The position numbers were made by a program, and so were the translations under genes. A stretch of 64,000 nt of DNA from Schmidtea nova (lineage: Eukaryota), in contig CM097883.1 of NCBI GenBank assembly GCA_044892505.1, positions 46,252,001-46,316,000 on the forward strand, read 5' to 3'. The notes below the pieces were generated by a model. That model searched no databases. It worked only from the letters and a program-made list of their open reading frames with translations, and was not told the origin of the DNA. How positions within the stretch are numbered: the stretch's first letter is position 1; each line of letters begins with the position of its first letter. Below are positions 1 through 15,827 of this stretch, in pieces.

Positions 1-1924
<1,924 letters not shown>

Positions 1925-2264
1925 TGCTATAGGATGTAATGAGCTGCAAATTGGTAGATTGTATGTATTTTTATAAGTTGAATAGATAATTTTCTGTGTC
2001 ATGATTGGTGTAAATGATGTTATCGGGTGAAATGAATAGCTTAGCGATGAATATGAAAGAATGAATTTTTGTGTAGATTCTCTGGATGTAGCATGCTGTT
2101 AGTGGGTGTTAATGAGTGAAACGATATAATTTACATGACATTGTAGGTGAATGAATTTTCGTGTGTTTTATTAGATATAGATGATACTCATGAGTGAAAT
2201 GGGTGTACTGATCTGCAAATATGATTTTATGGATTTTTCTAAGGTTTAGGAGGTAAATTTATGA

Positions 2265-2268
<4 letters not shown>

Positions 2269-2302
<34 letters not shown>
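2269..2302. repeat. (AT)n microsatellite; similar tracts at ~10719, 40016, 45945, 46205 and 59664
   Basis: Direct reading of the sequence. Confidence 0.9.
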
Positions 2303-2305
<3 letters not shown>

Positions 2306-5300
2306 TATTTTTTTTGAGAATTTTTATGAAATAAAAACCGATTGTAATATTTATAATTTTTTTGAATAAATTTAGATAAATTTAAATTTAAAATTCTATA
2401 AAAATTTATATAACAATTAAAAAATTTAGATTCATAATTTTTATACTTTACAAGTTTAATTTGAATTTTAAATTTTTTCATAATATATTATTTTTAATAA
2501 TGGAATTATACTTTTACCAAAAAGATAACTTTGATCGCATGCAAATTTTCCAAAAGACTGTACATAAACTTTTCGAGCTATTTCGTTTGGAAATTTAGAA
2601 TACCCAAAATTATAAATAAAATTTTAAAAGTTTTTATGAACTCTTTTTCCATGCTTTATATAAGGTTGCTTTCTATACATATGTGTGTGCCACAAAATTA
2701 CAAATCAATTTTTAGTGCTTTTCTCTCAACCGATTCACTTCAAATTTTGCACACTTGCTCACTTCCGGTGACAATACATGGAAATTGATAAATTTGACCA
2801 AAAAAAGTTAATTAAGTTAACTAAATAACAATTTGAATTTCCCCATACATTTAACAATGGACGAGAGGTAAATGTGTTGGTGTCTTCAGAGAAATTTTGC
2901 GTGTAAATGTAATATAAATTATTGTTCGAATCATCTCAAGTGAAATTTTTTTTTAATTTTTTTAATGCTTTTTTTTGCTTTTTTATTTAATTAATTTAAC
3001 TTTTAATATAAAAATAAATGTTTTGAAAAAAAATTTGAAAACAAATTTTTTTTTAAAAATTTTTTTTGAGGACACACGAAAAATGTAATATAATTTTCCC
3101 TTCTACAAAATATAACAAAAAAAAATTTCTCAGCCAAGTGGAGTTCTGCTCGCATAAAGCATGGATTTGAAAAAAGAATTTTTTTTTGATTTATTATTCC
3201 GATTTAAGTGAAATTCAGCTGAATAAAATCAAATATAATATACATAAATCACAATCTATATTCCATGTTATATTCTAGACATTCCCCGTCATGTATTTTG
3301 CTTCCAGTTAGAAGATCTTTATAAATTCGATTTTCCAGAATGACTCTGCGATTCCTTTCGTGATGAAGTGAAGAAGACGTTCTTGTAAGCTAAAGTTGAA
3401 TTACGAGGTGGATGCATAGTTTCGATAACTTTCATTATATTAGAACCTTTGTGTAGTTATGAGAGTTATGTAGGTTGATATAAATATATTTAGATACTAT
3501 ACTTTAATAAAATATTAGTTTGCGTCGTTGAATTAATTATTTTGAACAAACTTTGCGCTTGGCCAAGTCACTACTACTCACACAGCCAGATATGAGATAA
3601 AGCGTTATAGGATGTTTGCGCTCACGTCGATGGAAAAATGAATCAGAAAACTGGAAATCTGAAAAAACTGAAATCTTCAATAAACAAATAAAAATCGATA
3701 AATATCTGTAGGATTCATATGTTAACTATTTTTCATATAAAGGTGGAAAATGTGTGCAGAGTGAGAAAACTTTAGAGTAATCATATAAACCGCAAGATTA
3801 AAACTATAAAAGGAGAAATAAGATAAGTAAAATGAAATAATATATAATTAATTATATAAATCGATACAAAGGTGTTCAGCAAAATATAATAACTAGCAAG
3901 GTTAAGTATAGATAATAAATCATAACTTTTGATGAATTCACAAAAAACATGAAAAACAAATAAATGATTTACCGGCATGGGATAATCCTGGCATGACCTG
4001 AGTTACATCATGTCCAATCATAAGGTCATTATTACATTTTTACCTGGTTCCTTTTCTGAATTTATTCGTCATAGATTTTATCCCTGTTCTGCAGATAGAT
4101 ATCTCTTTCTAGTGGTGAATGATCTTTCATCGTTCTGATGGCGCTCGACTTAGGCTTCTGAATAATTGTGTTTCTAACTAAGTGTTTCTTGCAAATTTCA
4201 AGCAAAAGTTTCGCAGAGGTCTGCTTAATGAAAATTTACCAGTTAGTAATCACAAAATTCTGAAGTTTGAGATTTTGATGGCGGTATCTATATCAGATTT
4301 TTGTTGTTTTTTTTCATTGGTGTATTAAAACAAATTGTTCTAGAAGGAATTTTCGATTCTTCCAAATTAAATTTAACAATTTTAAGCAAAATTGAATTAT
4401 TATTTTTCTATAAAATTTTAATAAAACTTTAATAATTTATTTTCAATCTAAAATTTTATTTTTAAATCAAAGTCTTTTCTAATTTAATTCAATTTCCCAA
4501 TTTTTCTCTAAAACAATTTTCTTTTATATTTTTCTGAGTTTTTAAGGTCAAAATCGAAAATCTTTTCCAAAAAATATGTTAATTTTTGTATTCCATAATT
4601 GATGTTTCTATGTTGTATATGTGTTTTTCACGTGTATATTTGATGCACTTTTGTTCAGTTTAATTTTTAAGCGTGTTTTAATTAATTATTTATGTGTTTT
4701 GTTGTTACTTTGTTGTTACTTGGTGTTTCTCTTAATCATATTATAAGTATACTTCGTGCGCGTTCTCTACATGCTGTATTACCGCGTTATTTAAACAAAA
4801 TCCAGTTTTTGCCCAACACTTGTATTAATATATGTTATTAAGTGTGAAATGTATTTTTTCACTTGTATGAAAATAAATGTATAATGGTTTGAACAGTAAA
4901 AAAGACGTCAGAATAGGCAAATAAGTCAAAGGATTGAAATGATAAAAGTGAGGATAACGAGCAAAGTACATAATGAGAAAGAAATAAGTCTTTTATCGGC
5001 ATAGAAATGAACCAATAAACTAAGTGTTTGACAGGGAGCAGTTTCTGTGAGAAGCTCACGTGCCTATTGAAACCTGAGACCATAGTATACACCACCAACT
5101 TAGCACACTTTCAAGTGACTACATGTGTACACGTGAGGGCATTTGTCTTATCACCATATTCTTGAGGGTTATGTGAACGCATTGTGAATTGTATATGAAA
5201 TAGAAATAAACCACCAACCACATTAAACCTAATACTATCCTTTTTATTGAGAATTTGTAAATAATAAATTAAATAATATCATAAATAAATAAAATAATTA

Positions 5301-6779
5301 GGGGAAAATTGACAGGGTAAATGAGATAATGTTCTGGAACTTGAAGAAGAAGAAAGAAGAGCAAAAATTCAGAAATGATAAAATACTAACCGAATAAAAG
5401 AAATCGAACAGTAAAGCAAGAAAATGTCATTGATAATTAATAAGTGCAAAAAGAGAAAAAGTAATTCAAAAATTGGAAAAACAAAAACAAGAGAAAATTT
5501 TATGTCATAAGAGATTGTCAGATATTTAAAGAGTGCTGAGAAAAAAGTCGAAACAACAAAAGAAAAAGAATGACATATCTAGACAGCTGTCAGAGATAAT
5601 GCAAAAGCCATGAAAGAAGTATTAAGTATGCTGAAGGCAAAGAAAAAAACAAAAATAATCTCAATTACCAGAGAATGACGAGTTCCTCCAGATATTTATA
5701 CTAAAATCAAGTTGATCTCACTTAATCAGCGCTGTTCAACCAATTTTAAGATTCAATTCAACAAGTCGATCAATTGGGTTATTTTTTATAAGTTTTAACT
5801 TATTCTCTTTGACTGAATTGTAATTCAACAATTTTTTATTGATTAATTTTAATTAATTTTGGTCATTTTAATCGGCTTTTTTGAATTTGACTGTGGCAAA
5901 TTTACTTATTTCTTCTATTTCTCTAATTTTTCAGTTATAATTTTTTTTAAATTTAGCATTTTCATTTTTTGTTTGGCTAGTAGGATTGAAAAAAAATTTT
6001 GTTTAAATGCATCACAAATTAAATGTATCCAAAAAGAACTGAATTCAAAGCGAACGATGTAGTAAAATAACACAAAAGAATTTAAAACACAAAAGTGCAA
6101 AGATTCGTCATACAAACCGCATTTCATAAGTCGGTCGAGATAAGGGTGAAACGATAGAGAATAGGCATCTCAGAAGAAATCACACAATTTCAGTTCAGGT
6201 CGAATTTACATACAAAAGGACAGCACGAGAGTTGAATAAAGAAAATCATTGGTTATATATTGAATACGAAAAGCATGATCAAAGAATAAAATTGGCATTA
6301 TAATTAAAAAAACAATTTATTAAAAATATTAGAAGAAATTCCCATTGAAATATCGTAAAAATAACAGAGATCTGAATGAAAATAGAATTGAAACTAAATT
6401 TGATTGCTTTAATAGTAGAGAAGGGGGAGCGCCCAAGAACAAGAACAGACCCCCCCAAAAAAAAATTTTTACCNNNNNNNNNNNNNNNNNNNNNNNNNNN
6501 NNNNNNNNNNNNNNNNNNNNNNNNNNNNNNNNNNNNNNNNNNNNNNNNNNNNNNNNNNNNNNNNNNNNNNNNNNNNNNNNNNNNNNNNNNNNNNNNNNNN
6601 NNNNNNNNNNNNNNNNNNNNNNNNNNNNNNNNNNNNNNNNNNNNNNNNNNNNNNNNNNNNNNNNNNNNNNNNNNNNNNNNNNNNNNNNNNNNNNNNNNNN
6701 NNNTGGATTTTTGAATACAATATTTTGATCTGGTTATTTTTGTAAAGGAATTTTACTCTGGTTATTTTGTATATGATTT

Positions 6780-7400
6780 TCTACTCCGAGATTTTTATCG
6801 GGCAGAAAAGAGACTCTGGTAATTTTGAACTGAAATTTTATTGGTAAATAAAAAACACGTGTAAATTTTTTTTAAACTAGTAAAATACATTGAAATTATT
6901 TTGAATATGATTTTCAACTCAGAGATTTTCTCGGTCAAAAAGGGACTCTGGGTTTTTTGTACATGAATTTTTGATCTAGATTTTTGAATACAATATTTTG
7001 GTCTGATATTTTGTAGTGTTTTTAGTCTCGTTATTTTGAATAGGATTTTCAATTCCCACATTTTTCTCGGGCAAAAAGGGACTCTAGGTTTTTTATACAT
7101 GAATTTTTGATCAGGATTTTTGATCTAGATTTTTGAATACAATATTTTGGTCTGATATTTTGTATAGGATTTTCTACTCCGAGATTTTTCTCGGGCAAAA
7201 AGGGACTCTGGTAATTTTGAACTGAAATTTTATTGGTAAATAAAAAACACGTGTAAATTTTTTAAACTAGTAAAATACATTGAAATTATTTTGTATAGGA
7301 TTTTCTACTCCGAGATTTTTCTCAGGCAAAAAGGGACTCTGGTAATTTTGAATATGATTTTTGATCTTGATTTTTAGTCTGGTATTTTTGAAAATAATAT
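6780..7400 (+). repeat. 131-bp subterminal tandem repeat in the left TIR (mirror at ~19408-19730)
   Basis: TACTCCGAGATTTTT..CGGGCA motif at 6782, 7175 and 7306; mirror CAAAATTACCAGAG at 19408, 19539 and 19670 (period 131). Confidence 0.8.
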
Positions 7401-7406
7401 TTTGGT

Positions 7407-7985
7407 CGGGGAAAATCAAAAAATTAAAAAGTGGTCAGAATTCAATAATTTTTATACAAATCTACTGAGAATTAAAAGGCAAACAATAATGGTCAAAAAT
7501 TAAAAAACATGAAAAATTGATCTTTTCCTACCAAATTTTTACATGTAAAAAGTGTCAACTCGGGGAATTTCCAAAAAATTAAAAATGATCAGAATCAAAT
7601 AATTTTTATACCAATCTACTGAAAATTGAATGGCGAACAAAAAAGGTTCAAAAAGTAAAAACATGAAAATTTTGACTTTTCCGACCCAATTTTTACAAGT
7701 AAAAATGGTCAACTCGGGGAAATTCCAAAAAATCAAAAATGCTCAGAATTCAATAATTTTTATACCAATCTACTGAGAATCGAATGGCGAACAAATAAGG
7801 GTCAAAAAGTAAAAACATGAAAATTTTGACTTTTCCGACCCAATTTTTACACGTAAAAATGGTCAACTCGGAGAAATTCCAAAAATTAAAAAGTTGTCAG
7901 AATTCAATAATTTTTATACCAATCTACTGAGAATTGAAAAGCGAACAATAAAGGTCAAAAAATTAAAATCATGAAAAAATCAAAA
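7407..7985 (+). repeat. 154-bp tandem repeat (~3.7 copies) in the left TIR (mirror at ~18775-19352)
   Basis: TCAGAAT..AATAATTTTTATAC motif at 7435, 7589, 7743 and 7897 (period 154). Confidence 0.85.
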
Positions 7986-9339
7986 TTTTATACGGGAAAT
8001 GACAGTCTCAGTAAAAAAGGGTAAAGTTCATAAAAACGTGGAAATATTTAAAATAAAAATTTTTAAACTAAATAATTAAATCTAAATAAATTTATGATAA
8101 TTAAATAAAAAAGTAAATAAATTCTATACGAATTTCAAAACTCAGTTAATAATTCACTCATTATTTTGTATTGAATTTATCAAGTAAAATGGTACATTAA
8201 ATAAAAGCATGGAAATAATAAGTAAATTAAAGTTAGAATTTAAAAATAATTTGTACTGAATTTATGAAAAATGGCAAAGTAAATAAATTAAAGATAGATG
8301 TTTAAAAATAATTATGAATTTAGTGATAAATAGAATTATAAGTAAATTAAGAATAAAAAAGTAAATTAAGAAAGTCGTGAGTTTTAATGTCATAATTTTA
8401 AAATGAATTGGTTTTAAAGGAACTTTTTAAGGTAATATTTGAAAATGTGAGAATAATTAATTATTTTTGAAATTTTTTAAAGTAAAATTTTTTAACAATA
8501 AAATCAATGTAAAATTTTTTAATTAATAAATACAAAGTAAACATTTTTTCACAAGTAAATATTTTTCACAAGTAAAGTTTTTAACTAATAAATACAAATC
8601 TAATTGTTTTTTCAATATAATGTTTTTTAAGGAAATGATCAAATAACAACAAATAAATGTAGTAAATAAAACACATGTAACTATTGAATTTATTTAGAAT
8701 AAAAATAGTTATTAAACAAGAGTTGTTACAATTTTGTATACTAAGTTAAAAAATATCGATTAATGACATAAATTTTTAAAAAATAAACGTAATAATTGGA
8801 AATATAGGAACAAGTAANNNNNNNNNNNNNNNNNNNNNNNNNNNNNNNNNNNNNNNNNNNNNNNNNNNNNNNNNNNNNNNNNNNNNNNNNNNNNNNNNNN
8901 NNNNNNNNNNNNNNNNNNNNNNNNNNNNNNNNNNNNNNNNNNNNNNNNNNNNNNNNNNNNNNNNNNNNNNNNNNNNNNNNNNNNNNNNNNNNNNNNNNNN
9001 NNNNNNNNNNNNNNNNNNNNNNNNNNNNNNNNNNNNNNNNNNNNNNNNNNNNNNNNNNNNNNNNNNNNNNNNNNNNNCTAAGTACCAGCAATAAACCGAT
9101 CAAATAACTAATAATCTCATTACACACACAAATCAACCACTGACTAGTAACTGATCAAATGCCAACTGACTCTATCCACAAATCAACAATCGACTAGTTA
9201 CTTACAAGTTACCAACTGACTCTATATATTAACCAACTAGGAAATTGTTCCATGTGACAATCACTTCCTATTGCCTATATATCAAATAATCCAATCCCCT
9301 TAGTTAAAAAATAGTACAATTCCTTACTTACTAACTTTA

Positions 9340-10020
9340 TCTATACTAACCAACTAACTATACATACTAACCAGCAACCAATACCTTACTAACCAACTAG
9401 TTCTATACATTAACCAACTAACTTTATTCACAAATCACCAACCAACTAACTAACTATACATACTAACCAGCAACCACTTCCTTACTAACCAACTAGTTCT
9501 ATACATCAACCAACTAACTTTATTCACAAATCACCAACCAACTAACTAACTATACATACTAACCAGCAACCACTTCCTTACTAACCAACTAGTTCTATAC
9601 ATCAACCAACTAACTCTTCACATTAACCAAGTAACTAACTAACTAGCTATACATACTAATCTCTTACTAACCAACTAGTTCTATACATCAACCAACTAAC
9701 TCTTCACATTAACCAAGTAACTAACTAACTAACTATACATACTAACCAGCAACTAATACCTTACTAACCAACTAGTTATATACATCAACTAACTAGTTCT
9801 ATCCATTAATCTTATACCTATCAGTCTACCAACCAACCAACTAACTACCTATACACACTAACCAGCAATCAATTCATTACTAACCAACTAGTTATATACA
9901 TTAACCAACTAGTTCTATACATTATTCTTGTACCAACCAACCAACTACACTAACCAACTATCTAGCTATACATACTAACCAACAACTAATCTCTTACTAA
10001 CCAACTAACTATTCATAAAT
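9340..10020 (-). repeat. Composite TTAG/TTGG minisatellite in the left TIR (mirror at ~16660-17440)
   Basis: AACCAACTAACT-rich plus strand, with higher-order units of ~86 and ~96 bp. Confidence 0.85.
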
Positions 10021-11033
10021 CAACAACAGACTAGTTAATTATTAAATATCAATTGATTCTATCCACAATCTACTAGTTAAATCAACTAATCGGATACCAA
10101 CTGACTCTATATATTAAACAAATAAATCTTCACTCTAAGGAAATTGTTCCACGTATTAATTAACTCTTCGCATTAACTAGATATGATATTTAAAACTATC
10201 TGATTCTAAATATCGTGTCATAAAATTAAATTTATTACTTTGAATAATTTAATTAATCTTTAGTTGATTATCAGTTTTCAAAAAGGTATACTAATATCTA
10301 CGTAGTTAAAATGAAATTTTTTATTAATTAAAGTTATTAAAATTTTGAATATATTTAAAATGCAAATGACTTTTAATACAAAGCTTTATTGAAATCATTG
10401 TTCATCTATTTCTTCACTTGATAACTAACATGTATAAGTAATTTAAAAATCATTATAAAAACTCTGTTAACTAGGTAAACATATTAAAATGATAAGTAAG
10501 CAACTAATGAAATATTTTTTGATACTTCTTATTACATGTCCAATTAAATTCTTCACTCCGATAATTTAAAAGAATAAATAAATAAATATTCAAATAATTC
10601 TAAAAATTAATAAAAATTAATTCAAAATTTCAATACAAATATTTATTTATTAAACATTTTTATTAACCATGCTAAACAGTACTACCAAATGTTTTTGTTA
10701 TTGGATTCTAGTATCAGATATATATATATATATATATATATATATCAAATTCAGAATTAATTATTGTTGCCGGGGAAATATTTAAGAAAATTAATTTGAA
10801 TTTTAATTTTAAACGTATAATCAATTAATAAAACAAAATCAATTTAGAATAATTATGATAATAAAATTAATTATTTTTATTTTAATAAAAAACTAATCGA
10901 TTTTAAATATTTGGTAATAAATTTAACACAAAAAATAATTGTTATTAAAAATTTAAATTAACCAAAACAAAAAATAAAATAAAATAAATAAATAAATAAA
11001 TAAAATGAAAAGATAAGATTTGATAAATAAATT

Positions 11034-11574
11034 TTATTCACATATATTTGTTTCTATAATTTTCCAAACAGGTTTGACAACATCATTAGATTCTTTGAAG
11101 CCTTGAATCATTATCTTAATTTGATATATTGAATTTTCATCGGGATTTTTCAAATTACAATCTTTATTGCAATTCATATACGTAAAAGCTTCATTAAATT
11201 GTATTTCTTTGTTGATTGCTAACAAAATTTCTGAAATATTTCGTCTATCAATATCTCCAATTTTCCCCACTTGAAGATTATACATGCATTGTGTCAATGT
11301 AACAGGTTCCTATAAAATAATTATTAGAAATTTATTTAAAATAAATAAATATATACTTTAAATGAATAAATGATTGGAAATTTTAAATATTCCATCGAGT
11401 ATTGTAGAAATTGAACTGCAGGATTCCTAACCAAATTTGATGCCGAAATAGAATTTTCTTCAAGAATAATTTTCATTACTTCTTGTTTCAACATCTTTTT
11501 GTTCGAAGTTTCTAGAATAAAATATTAAAAATAATCATTTAAAATTAATTAAACTTACTTTTAAGTTGATACAT
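11034..11574 (-). CDS. Predicted three-exon orphan gene, ~148 aa; exons 11574-11559, 11511-11357, 11309-11034
   Basis: Two 47-nt GT-AG introns (donors GTAAGT and GTATAT; acceptors TTCTAG and TTATAG) join three open exons in phase: MYQLKKTSNKKMLKQEVMKIILEENSISASNLVRNPAVQFLQYSMEYLKFPIIYSFKEPVTLTQCMYNLQ...IETNICE*. An inverted CCAAT box lies at ~11632. No family recognised. Confidence 0.65.
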
Positions 11575-11694
11575 TTTTAATGAAATCTGTAATTTTTAAT
11601 CAATTTATATATGTTTTCATAATTTAAATTGACCAATCAGATTTCGTTTAACATTTTTATTAATTTTTATTTATTGATATTTTTGTGTGCAGAT

Positions 11695-14600
11695 TAGGGT
11701 GGTCCTTAATTTTGAAAAGTTGAAATCCTGTGCTCCCACCTCATAGAATTGTTTGTTATTATGACAGGATGCTGTGCTAATTTTATTTTTATTTTTGGAT
11801 GATGTTTAGAGGTCGCCCAAGCTTTGGAATTGGAAATTCATCAAAATCGCTGCAAATGAGCTTCTAGAAACTATTTTTTATTTTCTCACTACTTATTTTG
11901 GTCAGTTCTGTTAGTTAGTTGATCCCAAACAATTAATTTAACCTCTAATAAATAATCTTTGTTGATCAATAATACTGTCTGATTAGGAATTTGCAGTTTT
12001 ATTAAGTTTTCTATGAAATGGCGTCATCCTTTTGGTGAGTAAACTTTTTCATGTGTTGTTTGTTTTAGCTGCTGCTTTGCCATTCAGAACATTCAGTTAT
12101 TATGCACTATTTGCCATTTTTTAGGCCAGAAAGTAAACATTCCACATGTAGACACAGTGACACACCAGTGTTAGTGTAATATTGTATTGTATGATATGTT
12201 GTTGTTGTGATGTAGTGAAGAATTTGATATAACAACACGAAGTCAAACTGCAGTTTATCTACTGGGTCAACCCACTACTGTGCTTTCTACTCTCAGACTT
12301 GCATCAAATGGTGAAGCATTGGGTTTGTTTTTCCATCACCACCTAACCCATGGTCTGCAGACACGACAGGCATCAGCACATGTGATCGAACAGGTGACTG
12401 GAATTTGGAACAAGGCCCGCATACCGACATGTCGCAAAGACCATGCAATCACCAAGCTGGAGCAACTATTCAAAGATTGGACACAGCTAAAAAAGCACAA
12501 AGATCGCAAGACAGAGCTCCATGTTGCCAGAGAAGATGAGTTTTGCGCCAAAATGAAGAATCTTTTTGACATTGCACATGCCGACGCCCTAACGACTATG
12601 AAGATCGAGGAAGATAGAGAATTTCTGCTGGCACAGCGAGAACCAGGACGACGAGGTTACCTTGGATTAGTTGATAGAGCATTAGCTGAAAAGGAAGAGA
12701 GAAAAGCAGTCAGAATAAACTTGGAGAGGAAGAGACGTGAAAGAGCAGAAAGCGAGGCATCCGTTAGCACAATGGTTGCAGGATTTGGCAGCAGTAGTGA
12801 AGATGACAATAAACCTGAATCGGACACAGATAAACCTGCTGAGTTCTCATCACCTCGCCGTAAGAAAAGCAGAGCAGCAACAAATGTGATTACCCCAAAG
12901 TTAGCAGCTGCCTTGGATCGTACCAAGTTGAGTGACAGAAAGGCTACGTTTGTCATTGCTGCGGCAGCTCAGAGCCTTGGGCATGATATTGATGAACTCA
13001 ATATAAATCGGAGTTCTATAAAGCGTCACCGCGAGAAATAAAGAGCTGAAATGGCAGCTGCATTAAAGGAAGATTTGTCTAGTGATGTTCCTTTGGTGGT
13101 ACATTGGGATGGCAAACTAATGGTCGATCTCACTGGGAAGGATCACGTTGATCGCCTCCCTATAATTGTGACCGGCTTTGGGGTGTGTCAGCTATTGAAG
13201 GTGAGCAAGATGTCTGGTGGAACAGGTGAGAACCAGTCATCTGCAGTGGTCCAGGCACTGAATGAGTGGAATGTGCAGGATCGTGTGGTAGGATTGTGCT
13301 TTGATGCAACTAGTTCCAACACTGGTATCCACAACGGTGCCTGTGTTCTGATAGAACAGAAGCTAGGCAAGGACTTACTACACTTTGCCTGTCGCCACCA
13401 CATTATAGAACTGTTGGCAGGAGCCGCATTTACAGTAAGTCTTGCACCATCATCTGCTCCTGAAGTCCTTCTGTTCAAGAGATTTCAACAAAAGTGGTCA
13501 ATCGTCGACCACAGTAACTACCAGACGGGAGCTAATTTGAATGAAATACCTGACGTGGTGAAGAACGAAGTAATGGAATTTGCACACAGGCAGCTGCTTC
13601 GTGACAACGTCCGAGATGACTACAGAGAATTCATTGAATTATCTATCATATTTCTTGGTGGCTTACCCCATCGTGGGATTCATTTTATGGCACCTGGTGC
13701 AATGCACCATGCGAGATGGATGTCGAAAGTGATCTACTCACTCAAAGTGTGGATGTTTCGCTCACAATTCAAGCTCACATCGTTCAAGGAGAAAGGACTT
13801 CTCCACATGTGCATCTTTGCAGTGGTTATATACCTCAAGGCCTGGTTCACTGCACCACTGGCTTCCAGTGCGCCTCGAAATGATCTGCAACTGCTTCAAG
13901 ATTTGCACAATTACAAGCGTTACAATGAGAAAATCTCTATCGTAACATCCAAAAAACTTGAGCATCATCTTTGGTATTTGTCGGAAGATTTAGTGGGTCT
14001 TGTCTTCTTCGATCCCGATGTACCGGTCGATACAAAACGTCAAATGGTGAAAGCACTGAATTACTGTAGCAAGGATGCCGTCGACAAAGTACTTCTACCA
14101 AAAGGTCTGAAACGCATCACAATGTCTGCAAGCAGTGCATGCAACTACAGTTTGGAGGATTTCATAACTGTCAGATCTCAGGAATTCTTTGATAAGCTCC
14201 ATATTTCTCAAGACTTCTTGAATTACGATCCTGACACTTGGGAAACTCGACAGGAGTACACAGATGGCATGTTGATCGTGTCTAAGCTACTAGTCACCAA
14301 TGATAATGCAGAACGTGGAGTTGCCCTTGTTCAGGAGCTAAACAAGTGTCTCACATACGATGAGGACCAGTTTCAGTTTCTGCTGCAAGTTGTGGCAGAC
14401 CATCGTCGTCAGTATGCAACCTGTCAGAAGTCGTTATTACATTGACTTAGTTGCGGAATGCGGAGTGCGGACATCGTCTTTGGTTGGACCGACTGACACT
14501 GACAGTCTAGAACATTTATTCCTATAAATAAATCTTAACAATAGATTCTGTACATTACGGAGTTTCATATTTCCTAGTCATTTAATAACATAATAAAACG

Positions 14601-14819
14601 TTACCAATTTCAGTTTAGTAATAAAAATACTATACTATGCTCAAGTCAAATTTTTTGGTCATTTTAATAAATTGTGAGCTGTTGGGCGACCTCTAAACAT
14701 TATCTGATCATTAAAAAAATTTGCACAGTATCTTATGGCATCAAATGGAACATTTTAAAAGGGTGGGAGACATCCAATTGTGAGAAAAAAATATTACCAT
14801 TGGTCTAAGGACCACCCTA
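11695..14819 (+). mobile_element. Full-length hAT-superfamily element (hATm-like), nested in the Polinton-type element
   Basis: Perfect 14-bp TIR TAGGGTGGTCCTTA / TAAGGACCACCCTA. Perfect 8-bp TSD GTGCAGAT (11687-11694 and 14820-14827). Internal inverted motif ATGTTTAGAGGTCGCCCAA near both ends. Confidence 0.92.
12018..14445 (+). pseudogene. hATm-like transposase, join(12018-12034, 12216-14445), with a single premature TAA at 13039-13041
   Basis: ATG GCG TCA TCC TTT TG|gtgagt ... tgtag|T GAA joins in frame (2247 nt, 749 codons). The two listed ORFs share one frame. Motifs HWDGK, CFDATSSNTG, ACRHHIIEL, WYLSE, VTNDNAERGV. Confidence 0.85.
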
Positions 14820-15224
14820 GTGCAGATACACACTTTATTTTAATATGATAATTAATTATTTTTGCAAAATCTTTTAATAGACAGATTATATCAAAAAATA
14901 ATGGAATGCATCGAATTACGATAAAAACTGTCACAATTCAATGAAAAGTTACTATACCCAAACAGTTAACTGCATCACATACATAATTTACCCTATGTGA
15001 ATAAATTGATTAGTTTTTCTTATTATATCAACTTTTATAAATTTTATAATGAACATTCGAAACAGATTTAATGTTACAAAATTATTACGTGGTAATAATA
15101 AAAATAATAAAAATATTAATATTAATAATTCACTGAAAATAATTAAAATGAAAAATCAATAAATATTTTGGTAAAAATCATTAATAACAATTATATTCAG
15201 TATCAGAACTTTTCTAATATAACC

Positions 15225-15827
15225 TTAGTAGCAGAACCTTTCTAGCAGAACCTTTCTAGCAGAACCTTTGGTAGCAGAACCTCTTTTGTGATGGTTTTTA
15301 CCTGTAAAAGATTCATCTTGTATATTCACTTATATACTATTATTGATACATTTTCATTAGATTTATCACCTAGCAGAACCTTTCTAGCAGAACCTTTGGT
15401 AGCAGAACCTCTTTTGTGATGGTTTTTACCTGTAAAAGATTCATCTTGTATATTCACTTATATACTATTATTGATACATTTTCATTAAATTTATCACGTA
15501 GCAGAACCTTTCTAACAGAACCTTTGGTAGCAGAACCTCTTTTGTGATGGTTTTTACCTGTAAAAGATTCATATTGTATATTCACTTATATACTATTATT
15601 GATACATTTTCATTAAATTTATCACGTAGCAGAACCTTTCTAGCAGAACCTTTGGTAACAGAACCTCTTTTGTGATGGTTTTTACCTGTAAAAGATTCAT
15701 ATTGTATATTCACTTATATACTATTATTGATACATTTTCATTAAATTTATCACGTAGCAGAACCTTTCTAGCAGAACCTTTGGTAGCAGAACCTCTTTTG
15801 TGATGGTTTTTACCTGTAAAAGATTCA
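15225..15827 (-). repeat. 128-bp tandem array (~4.7 copies) in the loop of the Polinton-type element
   Basis: TAGCAGAACC unit starts at 15371, 15499, 15627 and 15755 (period 128); internal 14-15 bp TAGCAGAACCTTT subrepeat. Confidence 0.92.

Larger units (their letters stand above)
6414..10719 (+). repeat. Left TIR arm (~4.3 kb including two N-runs)
   Basis: Reverse complement of 15960-20098; the inner boundary ...TTGGATTCTAGTATCAGAT pairs with ATCTGATACTAGAATCCAA at 15960. Confidence 0.92.

Noticed and set aside
4860-6350. Possible LTR and gag remnants
   Set aside because: Purine-rich and coding-like, but no TG...CA pair, PBS or recognisable motif could be confirmed.
15225-15827. The 128-bp, 131-bp and 154-bp arrays as CRISPR
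   Set aside because: No unique spacers, no cas genes, eukaryotic context.
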